Shown in pieces: positions 24,882 through 35,558 of a stretch of DNA of 38,193 bases; the stretch's first letter is position 1; each line of letters starts with the position of its first letter. The notes under the pieces were generated by a model. That model searched no databases and was not told the origin of the DNA. It saw only the letters and a list, made by a program, of their open reading frames with translations. The translations under genes and the position numbers were made by a program. Origin of the DNA: Octopus sinensis (Eukaryota); NCBI RefSeq assembly GCF_006345805.1, contig NW_021835868.1:1-38193 (forward strand). Direction: 5' to 3'.

Positions 24882-26281
24882 TCGCTATTGTAAAAATGCA
24901 GGATCATTAGAGCATCGTAAAAAATGGTTCGCCATATTTTCCTCTGGCACTTTACATTTTGATTTCAAATCTCGCCAAGATCTCTTCTGCTTTTCAAACT
25001 TCAAGTGTTGATTTCCATGTACTCAGTTTGACCTTTCCTCTAAAATTTGCTGTCTTTGTGCCAAAAACTACAAATAATGTTAATAATTTTTAATACGTTT
25101 TTGTATGCTGTAACGTTGGAAGATCTTCGCTGCGATGAATGTCTCAAAATAAAGTCCTCTTTTCAGACAAAGTAGGTGAAAACTCATCTATGGATAACTT
25201 CATTGCTCTACTGTGTAAAACGCTTTTTTCTGTTGTGGTTATGTTTCGTCATTTACAGATACCGATCCAATAGTTTCCGCCCACTAACAACTGTCGTACC
25301 TACATACAAATAGCTAAAAATAAATTTGCTGGTGTGTACAAAGCTTTGTTAAGCCAGAAATAATTAATAAATGGCATACTAGGCCCCGATAGCTAAAATA
25401 TACCTTTGCGCTATAAACAAGGCTTTCACTTGTTGATTCTACGTAGCTGTAGCAAATAATTTTTCACAATATCCTTCCTCTGTGAATAATGGTTCCAATT
25501 TCTCAGGGTAGATGTTGTTCAAAACTCTTGAATTGTAGGGAGTCCCGCTTTGTTTGTGAAGCCAACATCATTTTCTTTGTTCAATCTGTCAACTTGATTA
25601 ATAATTTGACACGTCGTTTTAGTGTCATTCTTGACAGTGTTTAGTGTTGGGTTTACCACTATTAAATAAATATCACTTCGTTTGCCATCGGGACCGTGAA
25701 TATGAGCCTAAGATCCCCCTTTGCTTTTAAGATCTCCCCTATATTGGTTGATGGATATGATTCATTAACACCGATGTCACTTTTCCGCAGAACTGTTCAA
25801 GAATTACGGGACATAATCACCGAGATTGTCATCGAAGATTTAAAAACACAACAGAAGCATCTTGTGGCGGACAAAATCAAAAACAAAAAGCAACGCTTGC
25901 GGACCACAACATTGAATGGCGTTCAGCAAAGACAACAGTAAACCACGTAATATTAATGGCATTGTAATTGTTTTTGAAACTGTTTCCTGAATCTCATGAG
26001 CAACAAGTCTTAAGAGCGCACCTAAACAAGTAGTTTTATCCCAAAATCCAATGTCAAACAGACTTGTCATTGTATCGTCGTTCTTGTTGCTGATGATGAT
26101 GTTGCTGTTGAGCGAACAGTCTTCGTCCCAGAGCTCGCAAGATGGGAGAAGTCCGAAACGTGGCCCTTTGCTATTCGTAAGATCCGCAGAAGAGAAAGCA
26201 GGTCAACCTCCGACACCGAGAGCATCGACGGATGGATGAATGCGCATCCAGGCTCAGCGGTTGCGTAGGACGTCGGGGACA

Positions 26282-26477
26282 AGAAACAAGAAGAAAGAGT
26301 GAGAGAAAGTTGCAGCGAAAGAGTACAACAGGTGTCGCCACCACCCTCTGCCGGAGCCTCGTGGAGCTTTTAGGTGTTTTCGCTCAATAAACATACACAA
26401 CGTCCGGTCTGGGAATCGAAACCGCGATCCTCCGACCGCGAGTCCGCTTCCCTAACCATTGGGCTATTGCGCCTCCA
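26282..26477 (-). mobile_element. SINE family C, head plus body
   Basis: 'ctgggaatcgaaaccgcgatcctccgaccgcgagtccgcttccctaaccattgggctattgcgcctcca' is the reverse complement of the 7590 head. Confidence 0.9.
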
Positions 26478-27196
26478 CTGTTGTTGCTGCTTTCGGTTCC
26501 GATCAAAAAGACATGTTAAAAAAAGTCTCTGCTCATCCCGTCATATTCGCAGCGTTTGGGATTACGGTATACAGTATGGGTTCTAAGTATTTTTAGCCGA
26601 TAAAGATGCGATTTGAGGGAGATTTGGCTGCTGTTTCCAGAAAATTAAACGATCGCCGAGGCGATGCTCCATTATCAAATACCACACCGACGTTCGTATT
26701 TCTTTTAAACACAGTATCCATACATGAGAATAACGAAGCTGCACATCAATGTTGTTTAGGAGTATTGGAATATTAATGAGCTTTTAAAATTGCATCAATT
26801 TTGATACATTGTCAAAACGATAGCCCAAAGGACATGAGAATCTGAAGTTTTGTTCTAGGAATTCGAATAAACCGCTATATGTTTCAAGAGTTTGGCATAA
26901 CATCTCATACAATGGTTAGAGTTGAATGAACTGCGTGGGATAGTTCCTGAGGAGAGAAGCCTTTTGAAATACAAAGCATAACCCTTATAAAATAAATGAA
27001 CCACCAACCTCGCATGAAATAATCTTAGTTATGTTTCCTGTTTGCCTTGGTAACAAGACTTGGTAGTCAAGATAGAATTTTACAGTGAATTATTCGAATT
27101 TGAAGTCTAAGTTTGTAATAAATTCACACGTTTTGACTTACGTAACAGGATGTATAATTTTCAGCAAAATTTCGTGGCAATATTATGAGCATATAA

Positions 27197-27762
27197 GGCA
27201 GCGAGCTGGCAGAATCATTAGCACGCCGGGAAAAGGCTTAGCGGCATTTCGTCTGCCGTTACGTTCTGAGTTCAAATTCCGCCGAGGTCGACTTTGCCTT
27301 TCATCCTTTCGGGGTCGATAAATTAAGTACCAGTTACGCACTGGGGTCGATGTAATCGACTTAATACCTATGTCTGTCCTTGTTTATCCTCTCTGTGTTT
27401 AGCCCCTTGTGGGTAATAAAGAAATAGGTATTTCGTCTGCCGTGACGTTCTGAGTTCAAATTCCGCCGAGGTCGACTTTGCCTTTCATCCATTCGGGGTC
27501 GATTAAATAAGTACCAGTTACGCACTGGGGTCGATATTATCGGCTTAATCCGTTTGTCTGTCCTTGTTTGTGTCCTCTGTGTTTAGCCCCTTGTGGGGCA
27601 ATGAAGAAATAGGTATTTCTGAGTTCAAATTCCGCCAAGGTCGTCTTTGTCTTCCATCCATTTGGGTCGATAAAGTAAGTAGCTGTTGAACACTGGGTCG
27701 ATGGAACCATCTTAACCCTCCCTTAAACCTGCTGGCCCTGTGCCAAAATTTGAAACCAATAT
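27197..27762 (+). mobile_element. SINE family A, trimeric (one head plus three ~185-bp units)
   Basis: Units restart at ~27244, ~27429 and ~27612; each junction is 'gaaatagg|tatttc'. Confidence 0.9.
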
Positions 27763-27775
27763 TATTGGCATATAA

Positions 27776-27960
27776 GGCGATGAGCTGGCACGCCGCACAA
27801 AATGATTCATGACATTTGGTCTGTCATTACGTTCTGAGTTCAAATGCCACCGAGGTCAACTTTGCCTTTCATCCTTTCGGGGTCGATAAAATAGATACCA
27901 GTTGGGCACTGGGGTCGATGTGATCGATTTATCACCTTCTCCGAAATTGAAATCAATAAT
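27776..27960 (+). mobile_element. SINE family A monomer
   Basis: Head 'ggcgatgagctggc' and core 'gaggtcaactttgcctttcatcctttcggggtcgataaaat'. Confidence 0.85.
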
Positions 27961-28154
27961 ATTAAGATATTAATGTTTTACCCAAACAATAGTATATAAA
28001 GAAACGTTGTTCTACATCACAATATTCGTCTTCCATTTCTGTGCGGTCAAAATTTCACATTTTACTAAAAATGATAAGACTTGCTCATGCGAACACACTT
28101 CTACGTATTCCAATGTTCATAATAATACTGTGGATATATTCCCATTGTAGATTC

Positions 28155-28316
28155 GTGGTAAGAAGCTTGCTTCCGAACCACGCGATTCCGGGTTCAGTCT
28201 CACTGCGTGGAACCTTGGGTAAGTGTCTTCTAGTATAGGCACGCGTCGACGAAAACCATGTGAATGGATTTGGTAGACGAAAACTGAAACAAGCCCGTCA
28301 TGTGTGTGTGTGTGTG

Positions 28317-28359
<43 letters not shown>

Positions 28360-28572
28360 AATCCTATCCGTGTGTCTTTCAGTCTGTGTTTTTTTCCACC
28401 GCCACCGCTTGACAACCGGTCCTGATATGTTTACTCCCCTCTAGCGGTTCGGCAAAGAGATCGATAGAACAAATGCCAAGTTTTTAAAAAGAGTACTGGT
28501 GTTGATTTGTTCGACTAAATCGTTCAAGGCCTTACCCCAGAATGGCCGCAGTCTACTGACTGAAACAAGAAG
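28155..28572 (+). mobile_element. SINE family B, near full length, internal (TG)n
   Basis: Head 'tggtaagaagcttgcttcc...gggttcagtc', CORE-like 'ctgcgtggaaccttgggtaagtgtcttct', tail '...atggccgcagtctactgactgaaacaag'. Confidence 0.88.
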
Positions 28573-29279
28573 TTCAAAGATCTTAGCTTTTATCTATGTA
28601 CAAGCACAGGCAGTTTTCCACGCCACATGATGGATAGACTTTTAGGTCGACATGATCAAAATGTTCAACTTTTAGCGAAGTGATGAGATTTACATTATGC
28701 CAATCTCACAAGTCGAACCCACGGTTCACCGTTCTTGTCAATGATATTAATAGAGAATATTTGACGGAGGTACAAAGACGACCTGGTGTAAATATACATT
28801 TCCCTACATCACATCTTTTCACTTGCGTATGAATAGGGTCACTAAATGATGCCGAAGAGCAAGCAACACGTTATTTCATTTCCTCGAACGTAACATCAAA
28901 CACAAGCATCTCTTCAATTATCGGCTATTGTCTTCATCATTAACAATGGTGATTCCATAGGAACGGAGAGAGAGGTGGAGAGAAAGATACAGAGAGAGAG
29001 AATGGAGTAGTGAGGTATATTGATCCAGAGATGATGAAATACATTAATAGTCCCTCAATGTGGTCGCTAATTTCCTTTTATTAATCCACTGAGTCAAATA
29101 TCAAATTAGTAATTAATATTCGATATAGCTTAACGTCAATGGATTCTCAGAATTGTTAGGAACTGCAGAGAAAATTCTTTGGGGTATTTAGTTATGCCTC
29201 GTTGGTTCGAATCCTACAACGGTCTGATTTCCTTAATTTATCATTGTTTGACCTTATCTAAGAAACGCTGATTAACCTG

Positions 29280-29490
29280 CATTTGTCTCAGTCATTAGAC
29301 TGCGGCCATACTGGGGCACCGCCTTAAAGAATATTTAGTCGAGTGGATACAGCATAGTACTTTGTTTTGGGTTTGTAACCGTGGTACTTATTCTATCGGT
29401 CAATTTACGAACCGCTAATTTACGGGGTTGTAAACACACCGGTTGTGAAGCGTTGGTGGGGGAAAACATAGAAACAATGACACACACACA
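29280..29490 (-). mobile_element. SINE family B tail fragment
   Basis: 'tcagtcattagactgcggccatactggggcaccgcc...gtacttattctatcgg...ttacgggg.tgtaaacacaccggttg'. Confidence 0.75.
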
Positions 29491-29538
29491 CATACACATC
29501 TTATATACATATGTATCTATATGTATATATATATTATA

Positions 29539-29578
<40 letters not shown>

Positions 29579-29584
29579 GTTTGA

Positions 29585-29890
29585 CTGTGGTAAGAAGATG
29601 GCTTCTTAACCACATGGTTCCAGGTTCACTCCCACTGCGTGGTACCTTGGGCGAGTGTGTTCTCCTATAGCCTCGAGCCGACCACAACCTTGTGCGTGGA
29701 TTTGGTAGACAGAAATTGAAAAAAGCCCGATGTTGGTGTTTTTACGTCCCCGTAACTTAGCGGATCGGCAAAAGAATCGTTAGAATAAGTACTTGGCTTA
29801 CAAAGAATAAGTTTTGGGGTCGATTTATCAAACACTTTAAGCCGAAGCTCCAGCATGGACGCAATCAAATGACTGAAACACATTGAAAGA
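29585..29890 (+). mobile_element. SINE family B
   Basis: Head 'gtggtaagaag...caggttcactcccactgcgtggtaccttgggcgagtgt', body and tail present. Confidence 0.85.
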
Positions 29891-30780
29891 TATATAAATA
29901 TACATAGTATAAGTACATACGTATAATTATATATATACACACACATGTATGTATCTATATATGTATGTATCTATGTATGTATGTATGCATGTATGTATGT
30001 ATGTATGTATATAAATATATATACACTCCTCCACACTCCAACACCACCACAACACACCACACACCACCACACCACACAACCAAACCATACACCACCACAT
30101 TCCACTCCACCATATCACACCACACCACATCACACCACCCGCACACACTAGCACTAACCACTTTCCAGTACCTACACCATCATCCACACACCTACACATG
30201 CACACACGCACAGGTCAATGTCACCAGCCCCCTTCCACACGCACATACAGGCTCTCGCATACACACACAGGCGCACCTTCGTTTTGAGATCATCACTACT
30301 TTATTATCTCCCCTTCTTCCTAGCTCTCTTGTGTGACCCCTCTGTCTAGCATTCGCCATGACAGATCGCTAGCTACTAAACCTTTTCCTATTTTCTCTCC
30401 CTGTTTATTTATGTGTTCCTTTCTGTCGAAGAGCGTAGGCTCGAAATGTAAAAGACATTCCCAGTTCCCGTGCGTTAAACTAATACATCTGTTTGTTGTT
30501 TACACACCCGTCTTCGTCTTTTGTTTCTTGTAAATTTTCACTATATACATATATATATATATATATAGCAATAATAATTCTCTAAATGAGATATAGACAG
30601 TGACTGCCCCATAATATAAGGGACATTAGCGAACTGAATATGGCTAGGGACAGGGCAGGGTGGTGGGGATGTCACTGTTGCATTTAGCCCCAGGCGAACA
30701 TCAACGTCACCAGATAGGCCGACGCCATCACGGCGTCCTCTATCTTGCAAAGGGAGATCATTCCCCAAGAAGCGGATGCC

Positions 30781-30826
30781 CACACGGACCTAGGTTTCAA
30801 GGTGTATTGCCTATTATCAACGTGTG
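30781..30826 (-). ncRNA. Type I hammerhead ribozyme, U3-A8 variant (inverted copy)
   Basis: Reverse complement: CACACG-UUGAUAA-UAGGCAAUACACCUU-GAAA-CCUAGG-UC-CGUGUG; predicted cut between 30787 and 30786. Confidence 0.8.
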
Positions 30827-31047
30827 GTAGGCACCGCTTTTCGACGAACGACTCACCGTGCAAGATATATATAAAGATTTTCAAGTAAATACATTTACTG
30901 ATTTCGAAAATCTGTTCGACAGTCTATATCTCATTTAGAGAATTATTATTGCTGTCGAACAGATTTTCGAAATCAGTAAATGTATTTACTTGAAAATCTT
31001 TATATATATCTTGCACGGTGAGTCGTTCGTCGAAAAGCGGTGCCTAC

Positions 31048-31093
31048 CACACGTTGATAATAGGCAATACACCTTGAAACCTAGGTCCGTGTG
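31048..31093 (+). ncRNA. Type I hammerhead ribozyme, U3-A8 variant
   Basis: Stem I CACACG 31048-53 with CGUGUG 31088-93; core UUGAUAA 31054-60; stem II AGG/CCU (31062-64 with 31072-74) behind a U.U; GAAA 31076-79; palindrome ACCUAGGU 31079-86; GUC with predicted cut after 31087. Confidence 0.82.
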
Positions 31094-31402
31094 TGGCATC
31101 CGCTTCTTGGGGAATGATCTCCCTTTGCAAGATAGAGGACGCCGTGATGGCGTCGGCCTATCTGGTGACGTTGATGTTCGCCTGGGGCTAAATGCAACAG
31201 TGACACCCCCACCACCCTGCTCTGTCCCTAGCCATATTCAGTTGGCTAATGTCCCTTATATTATGGAGCAGTCACTGTCTATATCTCATTTAGAGAATTA
31301 TTATTGCTGTCGAACAGATTTTCGAAATCAGTAAATGTATTTACTTGAAAATCTTTATATATATCTTGCACGGTGAGTCGTTCGTCGAAAAGCGGTGCCT
31401 AC

Positions 31403-31448
31403 CACACGTTGATAATAGGCAATACACCTTGAAACCTAGGTCCGTGTG
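31403..31448 (+). ncRNA. Type I hammerhead ribozyme, U3-A8 variant (second tandem copy)
   Basis: Identical to 31048-31093 shifted by 355; predicted cut after 31442. Confidence 0.82.
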
Positions 31449-31688
31449 TGGCATCCGCTTCTTGGGGAATGATCTCCCTTTGCAAGATAGAGGACGCCGT
31501 GATGGCGTCGGCCTATCTGGTGACGTTGATGTTCGCCTGGGGCTAAATGCAACAGTGACACCCCCACCACCCTGCCCTGTCCCTAGCCATATTCAGTTGG
31601 CTAATGTCCCTTATATTATATATATATATATATAAACATACGTAATTATATATAGATACTCATACACATCTCTCCCTTTCATTCAATG

Positions 31689-31720
<32 letters not shown>

Positions 31721-32168
31721 GCTAGATAGATAGATATAGATATATACACATACACACACATACATGTTTTCAGTATCGGAGCATTGTTAAAATTTCAATT
31801 AAAACTGTTTGATTAATTCAAACTTTTGAAATATTATTTAGAAAATAATTCTACTGCATTGTCTCAATATATTTTTCCAACAGAACGACATTGAAGCAAT
31901 TAACTCATACATTTGCATACCTTCCAACATTTCCGTATATAACATTCTTTTGTCTCTGTTTATTGTTCTACAAATAAAGATTTTTTCCAATTTTTCAACA
32001 TATACTTAGAAATAATATGTACTTATTAAATGTATTATATTATACGTGTTATATAAATATACATCATATGTAATATATATACACTTACACAGATTATTCT
32101 ATGTGTATATGTAAGATAATACAATATAATATAATATAATATAGTATTAATATATATATATATAATAT

Positions 32169-32270
<102 letters not shown>

Positions 32271-32779
32271 GTAGGTTATTTTATATTCTTTCCTGTGTTG
32301 TATCTGTTGAGGACATTGTCTCATCGCTTTGGACGAAGTGTTAATTTCTTTCATTAGTTCTTTAACTAATAAACACTACATTGATTTGAGACAGAATTAT
32401 CTACTTGGTATATTCAAGTGGGTGTGTATATTACTAAAAACAAAGAAAAAATCTTTATGAAGGTATGCGTGTATGTATGTATGTATATTATTTTACTCAT
32501 TTCTCTTTTTGCACGATCGTCTTGCTGCGTCGCCACCGTTTTAAATGGTTTTAAAGACTCCAAAACTAATCGAGTCCAATACGTATTTCTTTTAAATCCC
32601 TGTGTTTACTCTGAAGGTCTTTTTGAGCGAGCTTGTAACTTTAGGGGTCGTATACAAACAGACACCGGTTGTGGAGCAGTGGTTGGATTAAAACATGAAC
32701 ACAGAGACACAGAAGCACCCATACATACAGGCACACTCACTCTGTTTTCCTCTCTCCACACACACACACATACATATAT

Positions 32780-32945
32780 ATCACCGTGATCACCGTGACC
32801 GACCAGGCTATCAGATGTTGCTACACATCGCTGGTCACAATGCGCTTCGCATTGTTTTAGCCTTCAAATGACGCCACCACGCTGGCTAATCGAGCAGGCC
32901 AACAGAAGAAAGAGTGAGAGAAAGTTGTGGGGAAAGAGTACAGCA
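32780..32945 (-). mobile_element. SINE family C 3' part, tail type 1
   Basis: Reverse complement of the 5890-5975 tail, continuing to terminal 'ggtcacggtgatcacggtgat' repeats. Confidence 0.85.
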
Positions 32946-33143
32946 AAGTGGCGTACTGGGGTCGATCTAATCGACTGGGTCCCTCTCCGAAATTTTCAGG
33001 CTGGAAGTACTGGAATTTTCTATTATGGAGCTTTAGGTTTAACATGGATGTTTTGAAAAAGAAAACGAATGCCTTTTCGACTTGAAAATCTAATGATATC
33101 ATTCTATATGAATTTTCAACACTGTACACACACACACAAACCA

Positions 33144-33191
<48 letters not shown>

Positions 33192-33379
33192 TATATATAT
33201 AGATATATAGATATATAGATAGATATATTTATATATACATAGATTTATATATATATATATATATTCACAATTTGTTTATTGGATACTAATTTAAATTTAA
33301 AACTAGTAGAAGAAAGAAAATTTCAATAATAAAGTTAGTGCATGGAGCTAAAATAAAATATATTCCGATTAAGAACGTA

Positions 33380-33950
33380 GAAGGATTTATGTCCAGTAAA
33401 GATACAATGGGTATACTAAGGTAAATAAAATTTAAAAGTTAATTGAGTTTGTATTAAATAATGCATACATTTTGTTTCCGAGTAAACTTTTTAGACAAGT
33501 TAGCGGCATTCCCATGGGGGTAATGGTAGTCCTTTCTTAGCTGACTTACAATTAGCATCTTTTAAATTTAGTTTTCTCAGTGATTTATGGAGAAGAAAGA
33601 AATTAGTTCTACTTAGACGACAGCTTAGTGGCTGTTGTATATATGTAGGCGATATCTTTTCGTTTAAATTATAGGCTCTTTCAAGGTTTATTATTTAAAA
33701 TTTACTCTAGGGATTTGAAGATTTGCAAGTGTGGTAAGGATGTTAAAAAGATGAATTACCTGGCCAGTTAGATTGAGATTTGTAACAAATCTATGTTACT
33801 ACTGTGTACAATTGTACTATAAGTCAATAAGAGATGTGAGTTTAAGTTTCAAGTGCCAGCGATGCTTTCCGCTGATAGCTGCACTTTTAGTATATTAGGA
33901 TATTATAAAGTTTGGTAAAATAATGAGTAGAAAAGAAATAGTTTTGTTGT
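33380..33950 (+). pseudogene. Decayed Penelope-like retroelement reverse transcriptase (Neptune-type motifs)
   Basis: From 33439 'LIEFVLNNAYILFPSKLFRQVSGIPMG', frameshift to 'GNGSPFLADLQL...CIYVGDIFS' (YVGD at 33642-33653), then 'KIYSRDLKI...MNYLAS*IEI' and 'NKRCEFKFQV...ADS'. These correspond in order to PLE motifs RQxxGIPMG, SPxLAxL, YIDD, IYPxEL, FLDL and YDKRDDF. Multiple stops and frameshifts. Confidence 0.8.
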
Positions 33951-33978
33951 TACAAATATCCTTCCTGAATGGTCCTAG

Positions 33979-34104
33979 GGGCATCGGTGCCTGAGGTGGC
34001 TCTTCAGGCAAACGGTGGCATAGAGAACCTCACCGCCGTGATAAATCCCCACGGCTTCTCTATACCATCGTTTGCCTGAACAGCCACCTCAGGCACCGAT
34101 GCCC
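33979..34104. repeat. Near-perfect inverted repeat, 49-nt arms
   Basis: 33979-34027 versus 34056-34104: 46 of 49 positions complementary (one of the three differences is a G.U wobble); inner hairpin GCCGTG/CACGGC. Confidence 0.9.
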
Positions 34105-35558
34105 TTCGAAGCCTTCAGGAGGAAGATGCCCAATCACTCTCTATTGATCTGCTACTCGATTACGAGTTAACACCGACGATTGTAAACGTTTAAACTTAAA
34201 GAGACCTGATGTAAATGACCTGAGATCTATCGCATTCCAAGCGTGACTATTCCACAGATTTTTATTTTTCGTCTGACATATGCCGCAATCTAAATTGTTC
34301 GATATGCTTTTTGTGTTTAAGACAACAGATTGTTTTTACGGAGAATGTGTCTTATTTCTAGCAAGGTGAGTGACAGTATTGGATCCCATCAACCACGTTG
34401 GCTAGGTTGTAGCCTCCCCTTGTGTGACTGTGAGATGTATTAACAGGGGGACTTGGTTGCTATTTCTTGCACATCATACAGAAACACGTCCATTGGTACA
34501 TGCCATTGATAGTCAGCTCTCGTCAGATTCAGCAAAAGTAAATTAATTGATATTCATTCATTTAATCTGTTGAAGATAAGAAAAGAGACTGGCAAACAGA
34601 CAAGCAGAGAGATTTGTAACTGTATCAAAGACACAGGCATATAAATCACTCATTAATTTAGTCAGTCAATCAGTAATGTAATCAACCAATCATTAATTTA
34701 ATCAATCAATCATTCAATTTATTAATTATACAATCATTCAATGAATCAATCAGTCAGTTAAGAACGGTGGACGGAACAAAACCTATTTAACTCTCGTGGA
34801 ACAAATTAATTAGTGACAGCAGGGAGGTTTTCCATGGGATGACATCTGCAGAGATAACATATAGTTAAGTGCATGCTAACATAATGTAGTGAACTCCTAT
34901 CTCGAGTTTCCAATCAATTCAAAATTGCATCGGTAATGAGAAGGAAGCTCATTAGTGATAAAACTATTCTTGTAAGACTGGAAAAGAGAGAACTACGGAA
35001 TTGAAATTAATTAAAATTAAGCGATTTAATGTCTGAGTCATAGAAAGGAAACGTACAAGAAAATCATTCCCTCTGTTATAAAATTCAACGAGGGCTCTTC
35101 AAATAAAAAAAAAAGAAATAAACAGGTCCTGTAATAAAATAAAAGACCGTATTAGATGTTATAGTTCTAACTATGTAAATTGCAATTTATGCAAATGTGG
35201 GAAAAACATTTTATTTAACGGACAAATATCGTTCCAATCGCTTATATTGGGAGACTGTCTTCCGCTGTACAAAGAGACTTCTCAACATAATCAACACCTG
35301 AAGCGATGTGTTTGCCTCATCCTTGAAACCAACTCTCAGAATCAACTTTAACAAAATTCATTTGTGTATTTCTTCACTTCATCTCTGTCATCGTATCGTA
35401 ATCCCTGACGATTGCCCTTCATTGAAACAAACAGGCGGTAGTTGAAGGGTAAGACATTTAGGAGGGGAAACGTTGCCGACGCAATTCGCTAGTTGTATAT
35501 TTTGCTGCCAAAGGATATGTATTGTATGATCGAGCAAATCATGGGTGAATGTGTGAAA

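Larger units (their letters stand above)
30567..31619 (+). mobile_element. HHR-containing 355-bp unit: one inverted plus two tandem copies (retrozyme-like / non-autonomous Penelope-like element)
   Basis: Inverted copy 30567-30922; forward copies 30922-31276 and 31277-31619 (period exactly 355; one substitution seen between forward copies, about 4-5 differences to the inverted copy); both outer ends abut (TA)n; one HHR per unit. Confidence 0.9.

Noticed and set aside
25494-25600. Minus-strand 'NNIYPEKLE' resembling the PLE IYPxEL motif
   Set aside because: No flanking YIDD, GIPMG or FLDL equivalents; a single short match.
26947-26990. CTGAGGA-gagaagcctttt-GAAA
   Set aside because: Weak G.U-rich stem II, only a 2-bp stem III, no stem I.
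30990-31334. 114-aa ORF spanning almost the whole 355-bp unit
   Set aside because: TTG start, no recognisable motif, and broken by a 1-nt deletion in the inverted copy. Ribosome profiling or dN/dS across copies could revive it.
30567-31619. Possible CRISPR array or plain satellite
   Set aside because: No repeat-spacer alternation, unit far too long, eukaryotic context, no cas genes; only three copies with an inversion.
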